64,000 nt of DNA from Octopus bimaculoides (lineage: Eukaryota): NCBI RefSeq assembly GCF_001194135.2, contig NC_068983.1, positions 155,254,437 to 155,318,436 on the forward strand. Reading direction: 5' to 3'. The number at the start of each line of letters is the position of its first letter. Within the stretch, counting starts at the first letter, position 1. The translations under genes and the position numbers were made by a program. The notes beneath the pieces are model-generated. The model saw nothing but the letters and a program-made list of their open reading frames with translations. It made no database searches and was not told where the DNA came from. This document shows positions 38,150 to 50,799 of this stretch, in pieces.

Positions 38150-39720
38150 TTATCCAAATGCGAATATAGATGGATTTTTAAGGTGACGCCTTTTCATCCT
38201 TTACTTTTAGTCATCACTCTTTTACAAATATCATTGGCATCGAGAAAGGTGAAAATGGGATGCAGGTTACAGAAAAAAAAAATGATCTTAACACGTTCAT
38301 ACACCATCAGTCGTTTATGGACGATTTGAAATTATTTGCAACGTTTGAAACACTACAAGAAAAAGTTATGGAATTTAGTGTTTGAAAATATGCAGTAGTT
38401 AATAAGAAACAAGGGAAAAGGTAGCGTGCAGCTGATATTGAATTATTAACTAAACGATTAGATGACTCAAGTAATGATGGTTACAAGTACCTAGGAACTT
38501 TAGGGCTAGGTGATATATTGCACGATGCAATAAAAAAAATGTAGAAATGTCCGTACAGACTAAAAGAACTCCAAGCTTCTTACGTAGAATTTGATTCTTA
38601 CTGTGAGCATTTGAACTATGATACGGTGCATTCCCAACATCCTTAAGTAGATCAAGACCACAGAACAAAACAACTTATGTCAATGAAGTTATTACATCAA
38701 AAAGTGAATTTGAATGAGCTATACTCGAAACTCAGAGCTGGAGAAAGTGTGACAATATGTCGAGAATGAGAGGCGCACCATTATAAATAATGAACAACAG
38801 CTTTTATAGTATTTATAGTACAAAAATGGGGTGAAAAAAAGGAAAGACAGAATGTAAAATTTTAAATGGTATGATTCTATGAAGAAAAGAGTGGCATTAT
38901 CTGGGGTCATTATATGGCCAATATGAAGACAAAAAAATGGGTTACAGATGGCAATGCTTATTGCATTGCATTTCTTCACTGATTTAAAGAGGGAAATTGA
39001 AGCACTGCCGATATCTGTTCAAGATTATGCTTTTGAATACTAAACCGGCGACTTGATGGAAGTGAGAAATACTGAACTTGTGGAATTGGTGCGCAAAACG
39101 TCGCCCTCATAGAAAGACCATGCACAATGCTAGCTCAAACCGAGTACAAAAGAAGACATGATAAAAATATCTAACTGTATCTTCGCTATGTAAAAAGTAT
39201 GGATGGCGGATGTCTGGTAAGTGGTACCAGCATTTTCCAGAAACAAGTCTTGTTGACTTGATGACAGAGACAAACCTATAATATCTTAGACTGCACTTTT
39301 CAAACAGATCGCAGGCTTGAACACAGCAGAGCTGACATTGAGTTCTGAGCAGAAATAGATGTGAATATTGTAATATTGATGTTATCATTTAAGAAGCCAA
39401 AACATAAATTTGAAAGAAACTGGGGAAAAAAAGTAACACCTACATTGACTTGGAAATCTAAATTGTGCGAATGTGATCAAGTACTACATAGCAATATCAA
39501 AATAATCTCTTTCGAATAGTTTTAAGCTTAGTATCCTTGAAGCCAAGAAGGTATCTTGAGTAAACAGATTTCGATAAATGAATTATTCTCCTTCATATGT
39601 CTGCTTTGCCGGCCAATGCACAAATACTCAGAAAAGTTGTGTCTAAGGTCCTTGTTCAGATTCAACAGGAAACAGAAGATCCCGTAGTCATCATAAGTAC
39701 TATGCAAATCATAGAAATTA
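38150..39720 (+). pseudogene. Old degraded R4/Dong-clade LINE (RT to RLE endonuclease)
   Basis: Ordered remnants: GD(A)..PLLLVI at about 38180, HQSFMDDLKLFA at about 38310, GYKYLG at about 38480, SVQDYA at about 39015 and LRKVVS at about 39630. Riddled with stops and frameshifts. Confidence 0.8.
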
Positions 39721-39754
39721 TAATTGCATGTCTACAATAAATACAAGACCAGTA

Positions 39755-40415
39755 ACTTAGTATCGATTATATTGACACAAGTACGGAACTGTTTCTTATT
39801 TTTATCAATAATAGAGAGGCAAAAGGTGAAGTTGACCCCGGCGGAATCTGAATTCAGAAGCTGAAAAACGTAAAACACTTTTTCCGATGTACAAGTCAAC
39901 TACCGCGAATAATAACTAGCGGACCCGTGGAAATTCCATGGTGTAAGCCAGCAAATGTGAAAACGTAAAAATATTGAACACAAGCAAGGAATTCAAAAAA
40001 TTCTTTTGAAATCCTGTCATTTAATCAAAACCGTACTTTCAAATATAATCGAATATAATTCGCCATCCCAGGCTCAGTCGAAGTTACTTACCAATTGAGA
40101 TTATTTTCATTTCATTTCAGTGCAGCTACTATAGTTTGTATATTAATTAATATATCTGCATATCTGTTGATATATCGATAAACTTAACTACGTACGTTTC
40201 TACTATAGGCACAAGGCCTGACAAGTTTTTTTAGGTTTGGGGAGCTACTCAATTACATTGACCTTAGTGCTCAACTGGTACTTTGTTTATCGACTCCGAG
40301 AGGAAGAAAGGCAAAGTCAGCCTCGGTGGAGTTTGAACACAGAACGTAAAGACGGACGAAATACTACTAGGTATTTTGTCCGACGTGACAACGATTCTGC
40401 CAGCTTGCAGTGTTA
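39755..40415 (-). mobile_element. Two family C SINE copies (39755-39900 partial, 40196-40415)
   Basis: ACTGGTACTTTGTTTATCGACTCCGAGAGGAAGAAAGGCAAAGTC...GATTCTGCCAGC. Confidence 0.8.
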
Positions 40416-41959
40416 ATGGTTATAATAGTAATATAGATTGTATGAAAAGAAAACCAGAAAGAAACTAAGTTGCGAATTTACTGAGTGTAGAAGAGACTAA
40501 AAGAAAGAGAGCAGTGAAGAGAAAAAGAAATCAGCTTAGATATTTAAAAAGTATTAACTCTCAATGGATTCACAGTAAAATGTCTCAAACAATTGAGTGA
40601 CAAAACTAAATAAAAGTTAAATTTAAAAGTACATATATTTTATTGTTTAGTCAAGGAGGTGTGCCCACGCTTCTTGCAGGGACATCTGGGGTGAAAATGA
40701 AAAGTGATATTGGTTTCGAGTTATTTATAGATTCCATAAGAGTATAAATGAAATGGAATAGCTATAACTTGGAGTAAAAGAAAAAGGTTAAGGGTGTTAT
40801 TTTCATTAAAAGATTTCTCCAAAAGAACGGTACTTTCTCAGGTCAACAAGCTATTGTAAACTTATTTATCAAACAATACTAAATGAAGTATGGGGATTCT
40901 TTTCTTCACACAGTATTCAAAATTAATTGTTAAAATTAGAATATGTTAAACATATTTGTTTACTTTAAAACTACTGTGGCCAACAAGATTGTTATTCTTT
41001 CATTAAAACAATAAATTTAGTCTCTCTCGCGCCTCCCACTTCCTCCAGTCATTCATTCTAAGTTTAAAGAGTTGGTGCAAGTATATCGTTGAAGTTGAAT
41101 TCACACTGTTTACTATATTCATAATCAAAAGACATCGAGTTTCCCTTGGTGGTTTATAATACCAAAGAAAAATTACCACTTGCAAACATGAGGAATAAAA
41201 GAATGTAAAGAAAATTTGAATACGAAATCGTTTGTATTTCTCACTCCTGCATTTGTTTATTTTAGATGTAAGTATGTATCAAAAAAATCTTTAAAAACTG
41301 GGAAATTTTTCCATGATCTTGTAGCATGTTATCAAAGTAACGGGACACACAAATGAAAATTGTCACTATTATTTCTAACACACACACGCACACACACACA
41401 CAACAATAATATGAAACGGAGAAATAATACTATGAACTACGCACTGTAGTTGAACACAGCTGTTTAATAGATCTCAAAATTATGTTTAAAATTAGTGAGA
41501 AACACGTCATCTATGTCGAACTGATGAACAATCTGTAGTTACGCCATCCAGATTATAACTTTAGATTTCTACCCATAATTACTGGAGCGTTTGCCTATCC
41601 GAAGATTATAGCTACAAACTATAAAAGATATTGTCTAAATATATAAAACAGCCAGGAAGTTCAGCATGTAAGATCCTAATATGCAATACAATCTATACTT
41701 GCACCCATGTGTACATGTGCGCATGCAGACATAAAAAAAAGGATCAAAGGTCATAAGGCTGGTTTCCCGGATTCTGTTGTCGATATATTCTCCTCCTGGA
41801 CTGAACGCCGGTCCAAGGCAAGAATACTCATTTTTATCAGCTGAGCAACGTGAAATGAAATGAGTTAAGAAAAATAACATTGAGTGGTTTGTTGCACGTA
41901 TTTAAATAAATAACATATAAGATTAATTTTTGATTTATTGAAATTATCTCCGCTTCCAG

Positions 41960-42011
41960 AGTGACCAACATTTTGGTAGTAATTCGAAATAACTCCAAAT
42001 GAGAAGAGAAA
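41960..42011 (+). other. Candidate 52-nt spliced exon (5'UTR, possibly with start codon MRRE)
   Basis: Acceptor atctccgcttccag|A and donor GAAA|gtaagt. All three frames contain stops, and a late ATG is open to the donor. Confidence 0.3.
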
Positions 42012-42639
42012 GTAAGTTCGTGAGTAAAGAATACTCCAGAGTTGATTTGCCATTATGGGAAGGATAGTCTGATTTACTGAAGACGAGAGAATCGCCGCTG
42101 ATATTTGATTTCATCTCAATAGATGTCATCAGTACAGCAATTATCCCATCGCATGTTCAGCATGAAAATTTGACATATACAAAAATGGCAACATATTTAT
42201 GACCTTGGTAAGCTGCATAGATGAAACGAAAATGTGCTAAGGGAGATAACTAAGAGTGGTCAGTGGAATGTGTTTAAATAGCAAAAACCAATAAGGATAT
42301 ATTAAATAACATGGATGATAAATTCTTTTCACATACATACATACATACATATACAAACGCCTTGAACGGTAAGTAAGGTAGTTGGTGTCGTCCATCCACC
42401 TGACCACCTCTCTAGGCCTCTACGCCAGGTACCAAGTGGTGTACAAGAGTACAACGAGCATGGCAGATGACTGGGCTGCATCATCTTATGTAGCAGTACA
42501 TACGTAAGCTGATTATGTGACAATACTTACGATAGTCGTCTTATGTATCAATACATAAGGAAGCTGGCATATGTAACAATACAACTGGAAATGGGCACAC
42601 GTGACAATACACATGAACGAGCCAACGAGAGAACCTCTA

Positions 42640-42840
42640 CCTGGCCAGTCAACGTGCTACAAACATCCATTACATCTCCCTAAAATCATAGGCCATTTTA
42701 GAAACGAACACATTGGATAAGGTGGTTTTGCGTTCCGGTACATGGAAGAAAAAAAAAGATAGAATTGTCACTTTTTGAATGTTTTAAATCATATATCCGC
42801 TCTTATTAGGGCTGACCTTCGGCTAAACAAGAACAACGCA
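42640..42840 (+). mobile_element. Family F repeat
   Basis: Ends GGGCTGACCTTCGGCTAAACAAGAACAAC. Confidence 0.65.
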
Positions 42841-43472
42841 TGCAAAGTTTGTCTCATGTATGGGATCCAGACTGTCACCTGAACAACAAAGGGGATCGCT
42901 ATTCGGTTACTAGAACTGCTCGAAATAGCAGTCCAATCTCCATCAAATTACACACCACCAGTGGCGGCTCGTGCATAGACACGGCGGAACTGTAGCACTC
43001 CCTTTTTCCATTCGATGTCCATTTTTCTTTAATTCTTTCCTTATACTTGTACATTATATAATCCTTAAGCTTAATGTCAATAGCCATCCCTTAGTTATGG
43101 AAAAAAATACAGCGACGCGGTGTTGTGCTTAAAAACGTGTTTAGTTTTTTGAATGCGACAACGTGTAGAATTAAATTATCATTCTGCTTCCATCTTCGGA
43201 GTTGCTTACAGGATTTGAAAAATAGGGCACATTTTCCCTACTTATTTTGTGATTTAGGGGGGATTTTTGGAAAACAAGGGGGAATTCGTGGTGACGTTCA
43301 GCGAACAAATTNNNNNNNNNNNNNNNNNNNNNNNNNNNNNNNNNNNNNNNNNNNNNNNNNNNNNNNNNNNNNNNNNNNNNNNNNNNNNNNNNNNNNNNNN
43401 NNNNNNNNNNNNNNNNNNNTATGCATACATTTTCTTTATATATGCTTGTTTCCTTTTACATAATATTAAAAC

Positions 43473-43858
43473 GGGAGGCGCAATGGCCCGGTGGTTAGCG
43501 CAGCGGACTCACGGTCATAGGATCGCGGTTTCAATTCCTAGACCGGGCGTTGTGAGCGTTTATTGAGCGAAAACACCTAAAGCTCCACGAGGCTCCGGCA
43601 CGGGATGGTGGCGAACCCTGCTGTACTCTCTCACCACAACTTTCTCTCACTCTTACTTACTGTTTCTGTTGTGCCTGTAATTCAAAGGGTCAGCCTTGTC
43701 ACACTGTGTCACGCTGAATATCCCCGAGAACTACGTTAAGGGTACACGTGTCTGTGGAGTGCTCAGCTACTTGCACGTTAATTTCACGAGCAGGCTATTC
43801 TGTTGATCGGATCAACTGCAACCCTCGACGTCGTAAGCGACGGAGTGCCAACAACAAC
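43473..43858 (+). mobile_element. Full-length young tRNA-derived SINE, family B
   Basis: A box TGGCCCGGTGG, B box GGTTTCAATTCC and a (CAA)n tail. An 11-bp TSD AATATTAAAAC lies at 43462-43472 and 43859-43869. Confidence 0.92.
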
Positions 43859-44064
43859 AATATTAAAACAACGGCTAAACATTTTCTGAAGCAACATCCC
43901 CACTAATTTTATCTACGAGCCGCCACTGCACCTCACTGTTTTAAAAGGAGGATAAGGAGTTCCTCGATGGGTAAAATTATATGGTCATAGATGGAACGCC
44001 TTTAATTATATGCCATCGAGGTCGACCTTGGCACTGAACAACAACAACAACGGTAAATGTATGA

Positions 44065-44295
44065 TACAAGAAGGGAACTTCTGCATAGTTATTGCTTCTG
44101 CTAGAAAAACCAGTTAAACCTCCTTCAAATCACAGTTTACTGTCCTAAAAATAAAATGCCGCCCGTATTGAATAACATAGTCCTAGGTGCACTAACTTTA
44201 CCTGAAAAAGAAAAAGACAGTATAATCACTGCTGGAACATCTTTGACTATAATTCTGCTTGTTCAGGTTTGACCTGGGGCTAAACAACAGCAGCA
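44065..44295 (+). mobile_element. Family F repeat
   Basis: CTGCTAGAAAAACCAG...CAAATCACAG...TTTGACCTGGGGCTAAACAACAGCAGC. Confidence 0.7.
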
Positions 44296-44755
44296 AACTT
44301 TAAGAGTGCATTCGTGACTCAGCAACTTTTATCAGTGTTTAATACATATTTGATTTTTGTTTTCCTGTTTTTTTTTCCGACATGAAGATAAATTGTGACT
44401 GGATTTAGATATTACTTTAATTATCTTTTAACTATTTTAATTACATTAAAATGAAAACAAAAGGGCAATCCATCTGTCACTCTCTCTTTCGCGCTCTCTC
44501 TCTCTCTTCCTTTCTCCCCCCCCCTCTCTCTCTCTCTCTTTCTCGTTACCAGTTTGTCTCTCCTGGAAGCAAACTATAAATACATGACTAAATTCTCATG
44601 TCAATTAACTAACATTTCAATAGAAAACCTGCAGCAAATGACTAACGAAAAAGAAAAAAAGCCTTTTCACTTCCACATAAAAAAAACAAAGAATAAAGAT
44701 AAAAATTTATATGTGCATGTGTGTGTATGCGTGTGCGTGTGTGTGTGAGAGAGAG

Positions 44756-44786
<31 letters not shown>

Positions 44787-45151
44787 AGTACATAAGTATA
44801 TATATATGCTTGTATATGTATATATATATATATACGTATGTATATATTATATATGTATATATATATATATATATACACGCACATATATATATATAGGCAT
44901 ACATATTTATATTTATATGTTCATACGTATATATCAATACATGCAAATACATGCTATTATATATGCTTCGATCCATAGGTGTATACACATATACATATAT
45001 ATATATATAATTATATTGATATATGTATATATATATATGAGGATATATATGTATATATATGTATGTGTACATATACATCTATATACATCTATATGTATAC
45101 TAATATATATACATATGTACAAACATATATACATGTATACACACACACACC

Positions 45152-45183
<32 letters not shown>

Positions 45184-45399
45184 TGTATGCATGCATGTAT
45201 ACATACATACATGCATATATGTATGCTTGTATGTATGTAAACATACACACGTACACGGTTGTTTCGTAATAAAACAATTACTTTTCCACAGGAGCACACA
45301 AATTTTCGCACACATGGTGTAGTTTTAAAAATTATTATTTTTACCCAACAAAAAAAATAATGATAATAATAATAATCACACACGAATGCTCAATACATG

Positions 45400-46050
45400 T
45401 CTGTATTAACATTTGTCTTCTTATTTCATCTAAAATGTTTGCTTATAAAGTCTAATACAATTTATCGAGAGATTTTCTAAGTCATTCAAAGTCAGATAAA
45501 GAGTAATAAATTGTTGTAAAACGAGTAACCATCACGATATAAGCCCCCGCTTAAGCCTGGAAATTTTCTATTTAATTTATGAACAAAGCATAATCCTATC
45601 AAGTCTATTACCTAAGCTGAATTAAACGATCCCATAGCGATATCAAATTTATCAGATCTAGGTTTTCTAATCCAGTAATAATCTAATAGCATAATATCCT
45701 GGAATAAGATCAGTGTATTCTTCGTTGTTAAATTAATGCTTATATCTCTATCTGTAAAACAATAAGTGTAATGAAAAGTGTATTCAAAAGAATAGGGGGT
45801 ATAGATGAATAATTAATATCAAACAGAAGCAAAGATTTTCCGCTCTTTTTGAACATCACAAACCATTGTATTACCGCTGCAAAATCATCCTAAAGAGATA
45901 GATTTACATCAGTTTTCTCTTTAGATATTATTCTATTTATTTTCGTCTTCCTAATGCAACAAATATCTCACTTAGAGGACGTAATCACTCTAATAGGCGA
46001 GTTTTCCAAAGCGAGCCACACGAGGTTTTAGGTTTAAAAACTAGATTAAG
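45400..46050 (-). pseudogene. Penelope-like element reverse transcriptase remnant
   Basis: The minus frame reads KPRSDKFDIAMGSFNSA*VIDLIGL...GGLYRDG. This matches the PLE RT motifs FDVxMGSxDxAExxxLVG and GLYRDDG, with MGS at 45627-45635 and GLYRDG at 45528-45545. Confidence 0.85.
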
Positions 46051-46116
46051 TTAAGTAGCTAAACCATAACTCATACCATAAATATATATGTGTATGTATA
46101 CTCTATCTCTCTCTCT

Positions 46117-46196
<80 letters not shown>

Positions 46197-46479
46197 CACA
46201 CACACACACACACATATAGATAGATAGATATATGCGTTTACGTATATATATGTGTGTAGCAGTCCACTTAGTGGTCTCTTTTATATACACATAGATAGAT
46301 AGATAGATACAACTTATTTGGAAGAGGATGCGTGGCGTTCAATCATATAATAATATAAATAATATATCTTAATTTTATCTTAATTCTGAGGCGCACTCTA
46401 TACGATCTTTTTACTCTTGTTTCTCTCTCTTTTTCTCTCTCTTATTCTTTTACCTCCTCTTCTCCCGCTATTCTATCAT

Positions 46480-46855
46480 ATTACTCTGTCACTCTCTCCC
46501 TCACTCCCCCTCCCTTGCTCACGTGGCTTCCACATGACCATCGGCCATCTTTCTTTCTCTCCGTTGTAGCTGGAACAAGGAAGACGTGTTCTTGTCTCCT
46601 GCCTTAGCTTGATTTACACGTTCGCCACCACAACCTCGTTTAGGCTTAGCAGCCCTTCCTGTTTATTTTCACTATTCTGCTTGTGTTACCAATTTTGACC
46701 CTCCGCAAAATCCCAAATAAAGGGCCGTTCTTTATGTTGCTTGTTTTGTTTTCCATTCGTGCCATTCATTGTTCGAAAGAATAGTTCGTATTCCATGTAC
46801 TCGCGCTTCGTATTTTTTGTTGTACACGTTTCGTGACGTCCTGAGCCCACATATG
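46480..46855. repeat. Unclassified interspersed repeat, family H, copy 1
   Basis: Highly similar to 50800-51270 (GCTCACGTGGC..CCAC.TGACCATCGGCCATCTTTC ... GTACACGTTTCG.GACGTCCTG.GCCCAC). Confidence 0.85.
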
Positions 46856-47152
46856 CTTATATATATACGTATAGATGTAAGTATGTACNNNNNNNNNNNN
46901 NNNNNNNNNNNNNNNNNNNNNNNNNNNNNNNNNNNNNNNNNNNNNNNNNNNNNNNNNNNNNNNNNNNNNNNNNNNNNNNNNNNNNNNNNNNNNNNNNNNN
47001 NNNNNNNNNNNNNNNNNNNNNNNNNNNNNNNNNNNNNNNNNNNNNNNNNNNNNNNNNNNNNNNNNNNNNNNNNNNNNNNNNNNNNNNNNNNNNNNNNNNN
47101 NNNNNNNNNNNNNNNNNNNNNNNNNNNNNNNNNNNNNNNNNNNNNNNNNNNN

Positions 47153-47297
47153 AAACAGAAAGCGTGAGAGAAAGTTGTGGTGAAAGAGTACAGGAGGGCT
47201 CGCCACCACCCCCTGCAGAAACCTCGTGGATCTTTAGGTGTTTTCGCTCAATAAACACTCACAACGCCCGGTCTAGGAGACGAAACCGCGATCCTAC
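47153..47297 (-). mobile_element. Family B SINE, partial (rest in gap)
   Basis: Matches the reverse complement of 43520-43670. Confidence 0.85.
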
Positions 47298-47593
47298 CTG
47301 CTATTTACCATAGTCGTAGCAGGGAGACAGTGATCAATTACTTGAGCCAGTAATGTAGTTTGGTTGGCAGGCACTATAGAACCTGCTGGAATGTCACTAG
47401 CTGCGAAACAACGTGGTGGTCTTATATCATTCACGCTTTAGGTTTTGTCTATAGAGTTGGGATTTTAAAAATAAAGTTACAGTTACTAACCTTCTTTTTA
47501 TGTTCTACAAATATTGATTGTTGGCGTAGTTGCTTCGCACTAAAATGATTTAATTCTGGATGCAGATCGTCCCAATATGTACATAGATGTGAA

Positions 47594-47924
47594 CAGTGGC
47601 GGACTGGGTTTAAAAATATTGGCTGCCAGACTAAGGGGGCCCACCCGCAACTACAAGGGGGCCCACTCGCAACTACAAGGGGCCCATCCGCAACTACAAT
47701 GCTATCATTTAATTTTTTTCTTTCTTAAAATTATACTTTTCAACTGTCTACAAACACAGCCAGGCGGAAATAATTAATGCATTCTTCCAGGAGTGAATAA
47801 AAAATTCTCAAACTTGAGTGGATGGGCCCCTTAGATACTAACACGAGCCCCCATATATGGGTTCTAATGGTGCAGGGGCCCACTTGCCATCGGGCAAGCT
47901 GGCAACCTGGCCAGTGCGCTACTG
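47594..47924. mobile_element. hAT-type MITE (331 bp)
   Basis: TIRs CAGTGGCGGACTGG / CCAGTGCGCTACTG (12/14 match) with a perfect 8-bp TSD GATGTGAA at 47586-47593 and 47925-47932. There is an internal 22-bp unit repeated three times. Confidence 0.92.
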
Positions 47925-48258
47925 GATGTGAATATGAATATACTTTGTTGTAATGCATGAATGTGAATGTCGTAGGGTCAGCTTACAGTCATAGGTTTCT
48001 GCAAACTAATGCCTGGTCATATGTTTCAGCAATTTCAGATATTCGGTCTGTTTTTGATTTTTAAGTTAAAGCTTAAATAATCTAATTAGTCCACAGTGCT
48101 TAACATTTCGAGAATATGCTTAGCACGCTTAGGATCGGGTTACTATGGATTTCTAATATTCAACACTTCCCTCAATAATCTAGAGAACAATATAACATTA
48201 GGGTAGAGACATACCAAATTTGTGCCAATCCAACTCCACGTTATTTGCCATATATATG

Positions 48259-48290
<32 letters not shown>

Positions 48291-48308
48291 TGTATGTATG
48301 TATATATG

Positions 48309-48368
<60 letters not shown>

Positions 48369-48379
48369 CAGCTATATAA

Positions 48380-48634
48380 TCTTTTACTTGGTTCAATCAT
48401 TAGACTGCGGCCATGCTGGGGCACCTTCTTGAACAATTTTTCTAGTCGGATATATCGACCCCCCCCCATACACACACACAATACTTACTTTTTTTTAAAG
48501 CCGGGTATTATTCCATCGGTCTTTTGCCGAAATGCTAAGTTACGAGGACGTAAACATGCCAACACCGGTTATCAAGCGGTGGGAACGGACAAACACACAC
48601 ACACATACACATGCACATACACACAAACACTCAT

Positions 48635-48675
<41 letters not shown>

Positions 48676-48850
48676 AATACAAATATATACGACGGGCTTT
48701 TTTCAGTTTCCATCTACCAAATCCACTTCGAAGGCCTTAATCGGCCCAAAGCTATGGCAGAAGGCACTTGCTTACGGTGCCGCGCAGTGGGACTGAACCC
48801 GGAATCATGTTATTGAGAAGCAAACTTCTTATCACACAGCTACGCCTGCG
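48380..48850 (-). mobile_element. Family E SINE with expanded internal microsatellite
   Basis: Colinear with 12534-12920. Confidence 0.85.
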
Positions 48851-49481
48851 CATACATACGTACATACACACGCACGCGCTAGTTAGTGCAACCAGTCACA
48901 GTACGTTCATAACATATCCCTTTCCGGTATTTGGTACTGAAGAATAGATAACCACATCGAAATGCATACATCCACCTCTCTGGTTCAATGGTGCTTCGAA
49001 CTAACTTGTCGTGTTTACGCCTACTTGTCTACAGTGAGAAAGTTTCTCCAGGACAAAATACAGCCAATAGCTTTCTACGGGTTCGAACATGCATCAAGCA
49101 TATGTGAACTGGTAACAAATTTGTATTTCTAAGCTTTCATTGTCTAGCGCTTGTATTACGTATTATATATATATGAAACTAGTGTTTCATTAGTTTAAAT
49201 GTCTTGAAGTGAGTAGACAGAAAAATCTTGATCAACTTCATGCGAATCTTAAGCAGAAGCACCAAAAAGAATCTGCTTCGAAATATTTTGTTGGCGGTTA
49301 TTACGGATGTGTAGGTCGTGGCAAGGCAGGACTCGCTTCCCGCAGTCGAAAGCATAAACCTACTCAAGATCGCCAGTCAGCATCATAAGGCGTCTCTAGC
49401 ATACTAGCAAATGCTCAGCTCAAGATCAAAGTAAAGATAGTGTGCGTGCGTGTGCATGTGTGAGTGTGCGTGTGTATAAAT

Positions 49482-49513
<32 letters not shown>

Positions 49514-50799
49514 ATATGTACATATATATANNNNNNNNNNNNNNNNNNNNNNNNNNNNNNNNNNNNNNNNNNNNNNNNNNNNNNNNNNNNNNNNNNNNNN
49601 NNNNNNNNNNNNNNNNNNNNNNNNNNNNNNNNNNNNNNNNNNNNNNNNNNNNNNNNNNNNNNNNNNNNNNNNNNNNNNNNNNNNNNNNNNNNNNNNNNNN
49701 NNNNNNNNNNNNNNNNNNNNNNNNNNNNNNNNNNNNNNNNNNNNNNNNNNNNNNNNNNNNNNNNNNNNNNNNNNNNNNNNNNNNNNNNNNNNNNNNNNNN
49801 NNNNNNNNNNNNNNNNNNNNNNNNNNNNNNNNNNNNNNNNNNNNNNNNNNNNNNNNNNNNNNNNNNNNNNNNNNNNNNNNNNNNNNNNNNNNNNNNNNNN
49901 NNNNNNNNNNNNNNNNNNNNNNNNNNNNNNNNNNNNNNNNNNNNNNNNNNNNNNNNNNNNNNNNNNNNNNNNNNNNNNNNNNNNNNNNNNNNNNNNNNNN
50001 NNNNNNNNNNNNNNNNNNNNNNNNNNNNNNNNNNNNNNNNNNNNNNNNNNNNNNNNNNNNNNNNNNNNNNNNNNNNNNNNNNNNNNNNNNNNNNNNNNNN
50101 NNNNNNNNNNNNNNNNNNNNNNNNNNNNNNNNNNNNNNNNNNNNNNNNNNNNNNNNNNNNNNNNNAACAATGCAGCTAAAAAAGAAGTGTTAGTTGCGTA
50201 ATCAGCTATCTAACCGTGATAAAAACTAATCACATGAATATTCAAGAGAAGTTGAATATATATACAAAAACTTATTCAAAAACTAAGCGAAAATTCACAC
50301 CAAAAATAAAAATAATACAGGGCCGGTTTTGTGCTCTCCATAGAAGCAGCGGAGGAAGTAGATTCAAACCAGCACTACTCAAGGAGCAGGCGTCCCGAAA
50401 TCTGGCACGCACGCGTTTAAATATATATATGTATGTGTGTGTGTATGTGTGTTTGTGTGTATTGTATATAGGGAAGGTTGTTTTTTTTTTGCCAAATAAA
50501 CACACGCACTATATATATTTATTACTTCACTCGTTTTTTACTGTTTTTGTTTTATTATTTTAATTCATGTCCATTGTCCGGAAATCTTTTGTCACACATC
50601 TTTGACCTCTTCAGCGACACTTTTCGTGTTTTTTTTCGTGTGTGTTCTTGCTCCAATTACTCCATTCTCGGGCAAAAAAAAAAAAAATAACTCCGTCCCG
50701 AAATACAACAGTATCTGTTTCAACACAGGATTTCACATCAAGAGCTTTTTGCAAAACGCTCCAATTTTTCCTCTCCCCTTCACAGTTCTCTGTCTGTCA

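Noticed and set aside
39915-40190. Helentron/HINE-like start ACTAGCGGACCCGTGGAAATTCCATGG
   Set aside because: Only one terminus-like motif is present. No matching 3' hairpin or second copy was found in the window.
40555-40980. Tc1-like MITE with CACAGTA ends
   Set aside because: The terminal match is only 7 bp and there is no clear TA TSD.
41240-41275. ttttag|AT|gtaagt as a 2-nt microexon
   Set aside because: It is a single motif with no partner exons or frame context, and indistinguishable from chance without RNA data.
41944-42129. 61-aa minus-strand ORF MTSIEMKSNISGDS...
   Set aside because: No usable splice donor or recognisable domain, and its length is within chance expectation.
45612-45700. 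Apparent minus-strand exon (ttattccag|GAT...TAG|gtaata)
   Set aside because: The frame continues past the supposed donor into PLE RT motifs (GLYRDG), so it is a retroelement fossil rather than a host exon.
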